Shown piece by piece: positions 40,262 to 49,827 of a DNA stretch of 64,000 nucleotides. Each line of letters starts with the position of its first letter. Positions within the stretch are counted from its first letter, which is position 1. Under the pieces are notes generated by a model that made no database searches, was not told the DNA's origin, and saw only the letters and a list, made by a program, of their open reading frames with translations. The translations under genes and the position numbers were made by a program. The stretch comes from Candidatus Poribacteria bacterium (lineage in GTDB: Bacteria; Poribacteria; WGA-4E; WGA-3G): NCBI GenBank assembly GCA_964291315.2, contig OZ219753.1, forward strand, positions 864,001 to 928,000, written 5' to 3'.

Positions 40262-43200
40262 ATGAACAAGACGTTTGACAGCATTACCTTAAAGATAGCT
40301 TCGCCTGAACAGATTAAAGACGCAGCGAAGCAGACCAGTTGCAGACGTAGGAAACCTACTAAGGCTACAGACGGTCCTTTTATTTGTCCAGAGAAAGGAA
40401 CATGTAACTGCGGTGAGGTCAAGAAGTCAGAGACAATTAACTACCGTTCTTTTCGACCTGAATCCGATGGGCTTTTCTGTGAGGCCATTTTCGGTCCTCA
40501 AAAGACTTGGGAATGTAGTTGCGGCAAGTATAAGCGTAAGAAGCATGCGGGGATAATATGTGACCGTTGTGGTGTTGAAGTTGCGAAACACAAGGTTCGC
40601 AGAGAGCGACTTGGTTACATCCAACTCGCTGCGCCTGTTTCTCATATATGGTACTTCAAAGGTATCCCCTCTCGCCTTGGTATTTTCTGTGAGCTCTCTT
40701 CTCGGCAGGTTGAGCTTGTGCTTTACTTCGATGCTTTTATTGTGATTGAGGTAACGGATCCGGAGTGCCCCTTGGACCCTCGGCAGGTTTTAACTGAGCT
40801 TGAGTACCTTGAAAACATGAAGAAATACCCGGGTGGATTCCGTGCTGGAACAGGTGCCGAAGTAATCCGCGAAATTTTGAGTGGTATTGATCTTGAAGAA
40901 GAGGTGAAGCAGTTAAGTGAGGCCTTGAAGGAAACCTCGAGTCATCAGAAAAAGCTTAAACTCACTAAGCAGTTGAAGCAAATAGCTGAGTTTGCAGACG
41001 TTGGACAACGCCCTGAGTGGATGATTCTCGATGTAATCCCGGTTATCCCGCCTGATTTGCGACCGCTTGTCCCCCTTGAAGGTGGGCGTTTCGCTACGAG
41101 TGACCTCAATGATCTCTATCGTCGCATTATTAATCGCAACAACCGACTCCGTAAGTTGATACAACTCCGTTCTCCAGAGGTCATTCTCCGGAACGAGAAG
41201 CGGATGCTCCAAGAAGCAGTCGACGCATTTTTCGACAACGGTCGGCACGGTAGGCGTGTCACCGGTCCCGGTAACCGCCCGCTCAAATCGCTTGCTGATG
41301 TTCTTAAAGGTAAGACTGGGCGTTTCCGCCAGAACCTTTTGGGAAAACGGGTTGACTATTCTGCCCGGAGTGTTATTGTGGTTGGTCCTGAATTGGCGCT
41401 GCACCAATGTGGTATTCCGAAACAAATGGCGGTGGAGCTGTTCAAACCGTTCATTATTGAAAGACTCCAAACGCATAACTATGCGCAGACGATTAAACGC
41501 GCCAAATATTTGGTCGAAAACCTTAGCGCTGACTCGCCTATATGGGAAGTCGTAGAGGAAGTGATTGCAGACCATCCGGTCTTGCTTAACCGGCCACCGA
41601 CATTACACCGGTTGGGCATTCAAGCATTTCAGCCGGTTTTGGTAGAGGGAAAATCGATCAGAATTCCGCCGCTCGTCTGTAAGGCATTCAACGCTGACTT
41701 TGACGGAGACCAGATGGCAGTTCACGTACCAATCACCGTTGAGGCGCAGGCTGAAGCGAAACTTTTGATGCTCAGCAGTCATAATATTCTCAAACCCTCA
41801 CATGGGGAACCTGTTACTGTTCCGGAACTTGACATGGTCCTTGGAGCCGGCTTCCTCACTAAGACGTTGCCTGAACACGCTGAAGATGCGACGCTCTTGC
41901 ACGACGCATATACAGTGAAGTCCCCCGGCACTTTTGATGCCCTTCGGGACAAACCGTGGTATCACCGGCGCTACACCCGTTCTGAAGATGTAATCGCTGC
42001 TCATGTAGCGGGTCAACTGCATCTACATGATAGCATTCAATACTTCTGTAGTCCTCGCGGAAATGGAAAAGCTATAGAGCCTATTTTGACAACGGTGGGG
42101 AGGATTATCTTTAACGAGGTATTACCAGATGAGTTAACGTGGGAAGATACATATTCTCATCAGCAGCTCCCATTTTTCAATGATGAGGCGGGTGGGAGAG
42201 CACTGTCTGCTCTAACCCGCAAATGTTTTAACCACCCCGAATTGGGTACGCGTGCAGCAACCGAGATGCTTGAGAAAATCCAAAAACTTGCTTTGGAGTA
42301 TGCAACGTTGAGTGGCATTTCACCCGGTATCAAGGATTATCTGACTCCTGAGAACCGGAATGCCTTGGTCAACAATGCACAGTCACAAATCGATACGCTT
42401 CTAGAAGATGCGTCTGCAAGTGATGGGGAGGAGTACGAAAACAAGCAGATCCGCATTTGGATGGACGCAATGAATAAAATAGAAGATGAGATGTTCAGTA
42501 CCTTGCCTAAGATAAGGACCCCGCTTGTTGAACGCGGGGATATGCGCAAACTTCATCCGTATGTCGATCCCGATGGTACAGAGACAGAAAATGAAGCGGT
42601 AGAAGGGTTCAGTCCAGTGCATATCATGGCAGACAGCGGGGCGCGTGCGCGCAAAAATCCGTTTATGCAGATCAGTGCTTTCATCGGGTTGAAGGCAAAA
42701 CAGGACGGCAACATTCTCATTCCGCCCATAGGGACATCTAATTACAGTCAAGGGGACGAGCTTCCTAACTATTTCTGCTCTTATCGTGAAGGTTTAGATG
42801 TTATTGACTATTTTAATTCTACCTACGGTTCGCGTAAAGGCCTGGTTGACACTGCGATGAAAACCGCTGCATCCGGATATCTCACTCGGAAGCTGGTGGA
42901 TGTTGCGCAAGAGGTCCGTGTTACCGCCCAAGACTGTGGAACGTTTAATAGTATCCAGAAATTTTCGACTGCGCGTTCAGATATCGCTTTTCAGATTAAT
43001 GGGCGTGCTGCTGCGGAAGACGTCGTGCATCCAGAGACTGATGATGTGTTGGTTCCTGCGAATCATATCATCTCAGCAGAGAGAGCGGAAGAGATTGGCA
43101 AGCTTGGTATAAGAGTAGTAAAAGTCCGTTCTGTATTGACCTGCGAAGCGGAGGAGGGTGTGTGCGCCAAGTGCTACGGCAACGATCTCACGACGAATAG

Positions 43201-46174
43201 TCTCGTCAATGTTGGCGAAGCTATCGGCATCATTGCGGCGCAATCTATCGGGGAGCCGGGAACACAGCTCACGATGCGGACGTTCCATACTGGGGGTGCT
43301 GTAGAAGACGTTTCTGAAGCCCGTCAGCGCAGGATTTTATCTAAGGTTAGCGGAACTACGCGGTTTCTCGATTTCCAACCTGGCCGCACGGTCCGAAAAG
43401 AGGGCAATCTCTGGATAGCGACTGAGGATCGTATGAACCTTGATGGACCTGCCTATAAGGTCTTGAAAGTTAATCACCCGGAGTGCCAATTGCGTCAAGG
43501 CGAGCTTCTCAGCGAGAAGCAATATGTCGAAAATACTGAACGTTACAAAGGTTTTGACACTAAAGCGTGGCAGTATAAAGTTACTGATGTATTAGATAGG
43601 TACTGCGATTTGAAGGCCGGTGATCGCCTATCTCAGGTTCAATACGTTGAGGCACAAGAAAAACACGGTTTCCAGCGTTTCGCAGAGATTCACGTTCGCG
43701 TGACAAAGGTAAACCATCCGGATGTCGATCTGAAGTCGGGTGATCTGCTTACCGTCGATAACGCGGAAACGTTGAAGAACGAAATTCGACAGCAGTTTGG
43801 CGGAAAATGGCACTATGTAGATTCGGAAACAGACGCTCGTCTCACCTTCGATACTCTCGCCGAGAATGCTGTGGTTGATGCTTCTCTTAGTAGTGAAGAA
43901 CGAGATGCTAATTTCAAGCGGGTTTATCATATCGACGAGAAGACAAGTGAAGCCTTTCCGTTTGAAGTAGGGGAAGAGATTTCGGCGGAAGAGATTATGC
44001 CGTGGCTTACGCCCTTTGAGGTGGATTCAAAGCCTGTCTACGTCATGAGTACTGAAATTCCGGATGCTCCTGCTCTTCTTAAGCAGCCGGCTCGGTCGGA
44101 GGAAGACACATCCTCGGAGGTTCCGCCGCTTAGGAAGGGGCAAGAGCTAACTGAGCGTCAATACGCGGAGGCTTGCACGCAGTACAAGCGGCTTGAACGG
44201 TCATTTAAAGTTGAGAGGCAGGAAACTGAACAGTACATTGTCACAGCTGTGTATCATCCTGATTGTCTTTTTGAAGTCGGCGATGAGCTAACAAAGGACG
44301 AGGTAGAACGCGCGCATCGGAAATTCCCTGGTTTTGAAGCACCGCCTCTGAAGCACCGCGTAGGACGAGTCTATCATCCTAGTTGCCCGCTCAAACAAGG
44401 TGACCTGCTTACGGATACTGAGAAAAAACAGTTGGGTATAGAATATCCTGCTGTTACCTTTGATGAAAAAGCATCCGAGACGCCGAGTGATGCGATTAAG
44501 GCGGAGCGTCTCTATCGGGTCACAGCTGTTAACCGCGACGATTGTCCCTTCGAGGAAGGAGATCAACTCACATCCAAGGAGGTCAACGCGTCGCGTCGCC
44601 AATACAGAGGGTTTGATGTTGAATCCTATTTTGAGGTAACAAAGATTGAGGGCGAGACTACAACGTTAACTGTTGGCCAGCGCCTCACAGAAACGCAAAA
44701 GAGGGCGCTCTTGAAATCGGAGACTTCTCTTAAGGTTGAGCTTACAAGAGGGTACACGGTTCTTGCTGTGTATCACCCTGATCTCAAGGGGGAATTAGAA
44801 GTAGGTGGGGAACTGACCGAGGCTAAGTACAAATCATACAACCGAAAGTTCAAAGGTTTCGATGCTGTAATTGAGAATTACCGGATCCTTGAAGATAAAC
44901 GGAATATTGAGGATCCTCTTAAGCTTGGGGCTGAATTTTCCACCAAGGAATATCGTAAACTTAAGAAGGAAAGCCAGCAACCCACCTACACTCTCACTGA
45001 TGTTTACCATGCAAGCTTTGTGACAACAAAAACTGCTAACCCGAATAGCGCTCTCGAATCGGAACGCGCCCACTTTGTTCCGATCGGGCATCGGGAAGCG
45101 GCTAGCGCAAAGCTGGCTGCGGAGACACCTTCTGAGCATAGCGCAGATCGCTTCTATAGTGAGGGGGATGTGTTACCACCTGCGACAGCTGATAGTGTCA
45201 AGAAGGGGGAATGTCCTGGATTTGAAGTGGACGAGCTGGCCTTACGGATGCGTATTGAGATTGAGATGGGCGATGGAACTCGCGTGCCGCATGTGATTCC
45301 GCTAGGTTACTCTTTTGATATTAAAGAGGGTGATAAAATTCAGGCGGGTGAAACTCTTGCGGAGCTCCACGAAAGAACTGCGAACAGCGACATTGTGGCA
45401 GGTATTCCACGTGTCACTGAACTATTTGAGGCGCGCCCTCCGAAAACCGATGATGCCGCTGAGATTGCCGAAATTGAGGGATACGTCAGGTCGGCGGGGA
45501 TAAAGAACGGTGTGCCCAACTATCGGGTTGAACATGGAGACTACAAAAGTCGGCTCTATCCGATCCCTGATGAAAAACGCCGCGTCGCTGAGGGCGATTG
45601 GGTCAATGCAGGCGATACTTTGACTGATGGCTTTCTGAATCCACACGATATTTTACGCATTGGGCGTACTACGATCGAGGGGGTGTCTGTTGAAGGTGAG
45701 GAAGCAGTTTGGGCATACCTTGTGGACGAGGTCCAAAAAGTCTACGGTGCGGGCACTATCAATGATAAACACGTTGAGACAATCGTTCGGCAGATGTTAA
45801 CCAAGATTCGTATCAAAGAACCGGGAGATACCCGTTTCTATTCAAACGATGAGGTACAGCGCAGAGAATTCCAACGTGTTAACAGTGAAGTTGAGGCAAG
45901 TGGCGGTATCCCTGCTGTTGGTGAACCGATTCTCCAAGGCATCAGTAAGGCTTCCTTGAGCACAGATAGCTTTATTTCTGCTGCTTCTTTCCAACAGACG
46001 ACGAAAGTTCTGACCGATGCCGCGGTCACTGGACAAACCGATAAACTCTACGGGTTGAAAGAGAACGTCATCCTCGGGCGACTGATCCCTGTCGGTAGTG
46101 GATTCCCTGATTTTCGGAGCTTAGAGGTTCACTCTGTTGACCCCGAAATGGTAGAGACCGGGGACGATGATTAA
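40262..46174 (+). CDS. rpoC: DNA-directed RNA polymerase subunit beta' with ~690-aa trigger-loop insertion
   Basis: Zn ribbon CSCGKYK...CDRC, GRFRQNLLGKRVD, NADFDGDQMAVH, IGEPGTQLTMRTFH, GLKENVILG. Confidence 0.98.
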   Translation: MNKTFDSITLKIASPEQIKDAAKQTSCRRRKPTKATDGPFICPEKGTCNCGEVKKSETINYRSFRPESDGLFCEAIFGPQKTWECSCGKYKRKKHAGIICDRCGVEVAKHKVRRERLGYIQLAAPVSHIWYFKGIPSRLGIFCELSSRQVELVLYFDAFIVIEVTDPECPLDPRQVLTELEYLENMKKYPGGFRAGTGAEVIREILSGIDLEEEVKQLSEALKETSSHQKKLKLTKQLKQIAEFADVGQRPEWMILDVIPVIPPDLRPLVPLEGGRFATSDLNDLYRRIINRNNRLRKLIQLRSPEVILRNEKRMLQEAVDAFFDNGRHGRRVTGPGNRPLKSLADVLKGKTGRFRQNLLGKRVDYSARSVIVVGPELALHQCGIPKQMAVELFKPFIIERLQTHNYAQTIKRAKYLVENLSADSPIWEVVEEVIADHPVLLNRPPTLHRLGIQAFQPVLVEGKSIRIPPLVCKAFNADFDGDQMAVHVPITVEAQAEAKLLMLSSHNILKPSHGEPVTVPELDMVLGAGFLTKTLPEHAEDATLLHDAYTVKSPGTFDALRDKPWYHRRYTRSEDVIAAHVAGQLHLHDSIQYFCSPRGNGKAIEPILTTVGRIIFNEVLPDELTWEDTYSHQQLPFFNDEAGGRALSALTRKCFNHPELGTRAATEMLEKIQKLALEYATLSGISPGIKDYLTPENRNALVNNAQSQIDTLLEDASASDGEEYENKQIRIWMDAMNKIEDEMFSTLPKIRTPLVERGDMRKLHPYVDPDGTETENEAVEGFSPVHIMADSGARARKNPFMQISAFIGLKAKQDGNILIPPIGTSNYSQGDELPNYFCSYREGLDVIDYFNSTYGSRKGLVDTAMKTAASGYLTRKLVDVAQEVRVTAQDCGTFNSIQKFSTARSDIAFQINGRAAAEDVVHPETDDVLVPANHIISAERAEEIGKLGIRVVKVRSVLTCEAEEGVCAKCYGNDLTTNSLVNVGEAIGIIAAQSIGEPGTQLTMRTFHTGGAVEDVSEARQRRILSKVSGTTRFLDFQPGRTVRKEGNLWIATEDRMNLDGPAYKVLKVNHPECQLRQGELLSEKQYVENTERYKGFDTKAWQYKVTDVLDRYCDLKAGDRLSQVQYVEAQEKHGFQRFAEIHVRVTKVNHPDVDLKSGDLLTVDNAETLKNEIRQQFGGKWHYVDSETDARLTFDTLAENAVVDASLSSEERDANFKRVYHIDEKTSEAFPFEVGEEISAEEIMPWLTPFEVDSKPVYVMSTEIPDAPALLKQPARSEEDTSSEVPPLRKGQELTERQYAEACTQYKRLERSFKVERQETEQYIVTAVYHPDCLFEVGDELTKDEVERAHRKFPGFEAPPLKHRVGRVYHPSCPLKQGDLLTDTEKKQLGIEYPAVTFDEKASETPSDAIKAERLYRVTAVNRDDCPFEEGDQLTSKEVNASRRQYRGFDVESYFEVTKIEGETTTLTVGQRLTETQKRALLKSETSLKVELTRGYTVLAVYHPDLKGELEVGGELTEAKYKSYNRKFKGFDAVIENYRILEDKRNIEDPLKLGAEFSTKEYRKLKKESQQPTYTLTDVYHASFVTTKTANPNSALESERAHFVPIGHREAASAKLAAETPSEHSADRFYSEGDVLPPATADSVKKGECPGFEVDELALRMRIEIEMGDGTRVPHVIPLGYSFDIKEGDKIQAGETLAELHERTANSDIVAGIPRVTELFEARPPKTDDAAEIAEIEGYVRSAGIKNGVPNYRVEHGDYKSRLYPIPDEKRRVAEGDWVNAGDTLTDGFLNPHDILRIGRTTIEGVSVEGEEAVWAYLVDEVQKVYGAGTINDKHVETIVRQMLTKIRIKEPGDTRFYSNDEVQRREFQRVNSEVEASGGIPAVGEPILQGISKASLSTDSFISAASFQQTTKVLTDAAVTGQTDKLYGLKENVILGRLIPVGSGFPDFRSLEVHSVDPEMVETGDDD

Positions 46175-46201
46175 GGTCGTAAGTAAATGTGAATAGAAAA
46201 A

Positions 46202-46240
46202 ACGAAAGGGTGGAAGGTATATTACCTTCCACCCTTTCGT
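46202..46240. terminator. intrinsic terminator between convergent rpoC and fumC
   Basis: Perfect 18-bp stem ACGAAAGGGTGGAAGGTA-tat-TACCTTCCACCCTTTCGT with an A-tract on its left. Confidence 0.8.
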
Positions 46241-46337
46241 CGTCTTAATAATTATCGGGAACCCCCGGGGCGTGTTATGTAAAATGTATAACGTTCATAG
46301 AGTTTTGTCGCTGACCGCTAGCCGCCGGGATCTAATT

Positions 46338-47729
46338 TCAACCCAAATTCGGGTGCGTCATATCCGCTGGCACGACAAGGTTGTCGAAAGCCTCTCCGGT
46401 CAATACCTCTAAGGCAACGGCAGCTTCGCGGAGTGTGCATCCCTGCTCATGGGCATATTGTGCCACCTTTGCTGCTCTGTCGTACCCGATATGTGGGGTC
46501 AGAGCAGTTACGAGCATTAGAGAGCTCGACAAGTGATGTCCAATCACTGCAGTGTCTGGAAGGATACCTTCAACACAATTTGTTTGGAACGATTCACATG
46601 CGTCCCCGAGAAGTTGTATAGATTGCAGGGCGTTATATGCAATCACAGGCATAAACACATTCAATTGCAACGTACCGTTCGCCCCTGCGAATGCCAAGGT
46701 GGTATCGTTCCCTATAACTTGTGCGCACACCATCGTGACGGCTTCGCATTGGGTTGGGTTTACCTTTCCGGGCATGATAGAGCTCCCTGGTTCCATTTCT
46801 GGTAAGCGTAATTCGCCGAGGCCGCACCGTGGTCCTGAAGCGAGCCATCGGATATCGTTTGCTATTTTAAACAACCCGACGGCGAGCGTTTTCAACGCGC
46901 CGCTTGTGCTCACCACTGCATCTCTTGATGCTAGCGCCTCGAATGCGTTCGGTGCCCGTTTCAGTTGACGGATTCCTGTTGTTTCCGAAAGCTTCTCCAC
47001 AACTTGTGCTGCGTAGTCAGGATGGGTATTTAATCCTGTCCCAACAGCCGTACCGCCAATTGGGAGCTCACAAAGTTGTGGAAGTGAAGTCTTGATCCGT
47101 TGTTCTGTTGCGGCCAGTTGTTGGACATAAGCGCTAAATTCTTGTCCGAGCGTAAGCGGGGTTGCATCCATCAGATGTGTCCGTCCAATTTTAACAATAT
47201 CTGAAAATTCGGACACTTTCTCGGAGAATGCGGTTTTCAGCTCAACCAAGCGCGGCAACAAATGCTCCTCAATTTGTTTGACCATCGCCAGATGGATAGA
47301 TGTAGGGAAAACGTCGTTTGTTGACTGCGATTTGTTAACATGGTCATTCGGATGAACGGGATCTTTACTGCCAAGTTCTCCGCCGAGCATTTCAATGGCG
47401 CGATTCGCTATCACCTCATTGACGTTCATATTTGTTTGTGTGCCACTACCTGTCTGCCAGATACGGAGCGGGAAATGGCTATCCAACGTACCATCAATGA
47501 CTTCTGCTGCTGCCCTGCTAATTGCTTGGGCAAGCCTGGGTTGGAGTAGTCCAAGATCAGCGTTCACTTGGGCCACTGCCTGTTTGATGGTTCCGAGTGC
47601 CCATATAGAGGCGCGTGGCAGCTGTTCAGTCCCAATCTTAAAATTTTGGAGCGCGCGCTGCGTCTGTGCCCCCCAATATCGATTATCCGGAACTTGAAGC
47701 TCGCCCATACTGTCTGTTTCAGTTCGCAT
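46338..47729 (-). CDS. fumC: class II fumarate hydratase
   Basis: [45 protein letters not shown]. Confidence 0.97.
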   Translation of the reverse strand: MRTETDSMGELQVPDNRYWGAQTQRALQNFKIGTEQLPRASIWALGTIKQAVAQVNADLGLLQPRLAQAISRAAAEVIDGTLDSHFPLRIWQTGSGTQTNMNVNEVIANRAIEMLGGELGSKDPVHPNDHVNKSQSTNDVFPTSIHLAMVKQIEEHLLPRLVELKTAFSEKVSEFSDIVKIGRTHLMDATPLTLGQEFSAYVQQLAATEQRIKTSLPQLCELPIGGTAVGTGLNTHPDYAAQVVEKLSETTGIRQLKRAPNAFEALASRDAVVSTSGALKTLAVGLFKIANDIRWLASGPRCGLGELRLPEMEPGSSIMPGKVNPTQCEAVTMVCAQVIGNDTTLAFAGANGTLQLNVFMPVIAYNALQSIQLLGDACESFQTNCVEGILPDTAVIGHHLSSSLMLVTALTPHIGYDRAAKVAQYAHEQGCTLREAAVALEVLTGEAFDNLVVPADMTHPNLG

Positions 47730-47891
47730 TATCTATTTGTGCCTTTCGTTACATAGAATTTTTATTATCTACATTCTAGTACAAGCTACTGTATTGACAA
47801 ATTTTACCACAGTTTCGGTAGCTGTTTCAACTGATTTGTATAAGCGTTCTGGTTCTTCTGAATGTTTATAGTCCCTTATAAGTCCTTTAAT

Positions 47892-47920
47892 TTGCTATTT
47901 TCTCTTAGACATGTTATAGT
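47892..47920 (+). promoter_or_regulatory. putative sigma70 promoter (extended -10)
   Basis: TTGCTA-17bp-TATAGT with TGn upstream of the -10. Confidence 0.45.
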
Positions 47921-48043
47921 TAATAGTTGTCAGTTATGGATTAAGCGTGATCGGTGAGGTCTCCAGCGTTTACGGCTGCCGTAAAGAACGAGCCGGTGCC
48001 TGACAGTTGGGGCCCAACAACTATAAAAGGAGGTGTATCGCGA

Positions 48044-49099
48044 GTGGATTCAACATTGGCCAATCCGTATTTAACGAATGCTTTGATGCCGCCGCCGCCG
48101 CAGACCTATTCTTATAAGCGCTGGCAGGACCGCGGGTATCATCCTCATCTACGTCCAATTTCGCCTGACAGTGAATGTGGGACGTTAATAGGTCAGATGG
48201 GTTGGGTGGGTGCCCATGCCCATGCTCATGAATATTTGTGGGCGACTGCTGGAAATATGGGCTATCTCTTAACGGAGCCTGTTGAAGATGCATGTCTCAT
48301 CCCTTATGAAACCTCGCCACGTTATCAATTACCCCCGCAAATCGTTGTTAAAGAGTTAGCTGGCAGACATGTACTGCTGACAAAATCGGGATCACGTTTA
48401 GACATGATTGGTATTGAACATCCGGCACTCAATGTAACGTTGATTGAGGTTGAGCCGGATGGAGAGCATTATCGGATGCGTTTCGGCACGCCAGATCAGA
48501 TAACATTGGATGAAAAGTGCCCCGGTGTTGAACCGCCGGCACCAACAAGTGAGATGTTCCACTATCTTCTCATTTTTGAACAGTTAGAGGAACGAGGGTT
48601 TAATGCGCTTGTCCATTTGCAGCCAAAGTTTTTGAACCTGATCTCTCGCACGGAGCATGGCGCGCCGGATCGATTTTATGACTTCCTCAGGGGGTACGAG
48701 CCAGAAACCCCAATTATATACGATGCGTCCAGCGGAATTGGATTCGTGGAGGAGCGAGCTCCGGGGATTCCGGAACTGTCCTATGAGAGTCTGCGCCTTT
48801 TTCAGAATAGTGAGGGTCCAGAACGATATATCCTCTATTGGATAGGGCATGGCACGTTTTCACGAGGCAGCGACCTCCTTGATGCCTATAAACATGCTGA
48901 ATACTTCGAGGCTGCGGCACGGATGGCTTGGGAAGCAAACCAGCAGACTGTTAGAGCACAAGCCTATACAGAAGAGATCGTTAGCTGTATTTTACGCGAG
49001 TTCCATGCGAACCGCGAGGTCAATAATAGACACTCAGATATGGATTCCACAGAACCTGATACACTAGGGCAGTCTGAAAACGTTTATAATTATCCATAA
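48044..49099 (+). CDS. class II aldolase/adducin family protein (RhaD-like, divergent)
   Basis: AGNMG, LLTKSGS, PTSEM, VHLQP, WIGHG, AEYFEAAA; GTG start follows AAGGAGGT. Confidence 0.7.
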   Translation: MDSTLANPYLTNALMPPPPQTYSYKRWQDRGYHPHLRPISPDSECGTLIGQMGWVGAHAHAHEYLWATAGNMGYLLTEPVEDACLIPYETSPRYQLPPQIVVKELAGRHVLLTKSGSRLDMIGIEHPALNVTLIEVEPDGEHYRMRFGTPDQITLDEKCPGVEPPAPTSEMFHYLLIFEQLEERGFNALVHLQPKFLNLISRTEHGAPDRFYDFLRGYEPETPIIYDASSGIGFVEERAPGIPELSYESLRLFQNSEGPERYILYWIGHGTFSRGSDLLDAYKHAEYFEAAARMAWEANQQTVRAQAYTEEIVSCILREFHANREVNNRHSDMDSTEPDTLGQSENVYNYP

Positions 49100-49155
49100 G
49101 CAGCGTTTGGGGGCATCAGAGCACGAATATTCTCAGAACAGGAGGAACAAAATAG

Positions 49156-49827
49156 ATGCGAGAACCTATGGACTTCCAAGGCCTAGAGCATGAGAACACG
49201 GAAACCGAAACGGAACCGGCACGAGAGCAGTTAGAATCCCAGCTTCGTGACAGCATTCTGGGTAGGTATATCAGGAGTTATAATAGACGTTTGCGTACTC
49301 TCAGCCAAGAATTAGAGGGCATGCGACACCAAGTTGATGACAAACTCACTCGTATAGACAGGCGGGTTACCGAAGAAATAGCAGAGGTTAAGGCTGATAT
49401 TCGTAGTGTTTCTGCCAAGTTTGGGAACGAAGATGCTGGGCTCTCCTTAAACAAAATTGAGGGGCTCATTGACGCAAAGATCGATGCGAGGTTAGACGGA
49501 ATTACTGCGCGTGGCGAAGCAGATCTCCAAAAATTATCAACGTTAGTAAACGAATTCGCCCATGAATTTCAAACGGAAATTGATCGACTCAGCGGTGAAA
49601 CCAAACTACTCCGAGAACAAGCACGTCGGAATCAGGAGACCTTACGCACAGAGTTAGTCTCTGAAACTGAAACCCTTGAAACCACAAAAGTTGACCGGCT
49701 AACTTTAGCGGAAACCCTCATTATGCTGGGAATGAAATTGAAAGACGAGAATTTGTTGAATGAATTCGGAATAAATCTGGAGCTTGATGAAGTCTTAGAT
49801 GGGATCTCAGAGAATGACGAAAGCTAG
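49156..49827 (+). CDS. hypothetical coiled-coil protein
   Basis: 223-aa ORF with AGGAGG RBS and heptad-rich helical sequence. Confidence 0.7.
   Translation: MREPMDFQGLEHENTETETEPAREQLESQLRDSILGRYIRSYNRRLRTLSQELEGMRHQVDDKLTRIDRRVTEEIAEVKADIRSVSAKFGNEDAGLSLNKIEGLIDAKIDARLDGITARGEADLQKLSTLVNEFAHEFQTEIDRLSGETKLLREQARRNQETLRTELVSETETLETTKVDRLTLAETLIMLGMKLKDENLLNEFGINLELDEVLDGISENDES

Noticed and set aside
34917-46174. Inteins or introns as the explanation for the oversized RpoB/RpoC
   Set aside because: The insertions lack Cys/Ser-start and His-Asn-end splicing motifs and LAGLIDADG blocks, lie at known lineage-specific insertion sites, and the frames are continuous
47945-47970. M-box (ykoK) riboswitch, suggested by GGTGAGGTCTCC
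   Set aside because: Only the first motif is similar; the leader is too short and the downstream conserved elements are absent
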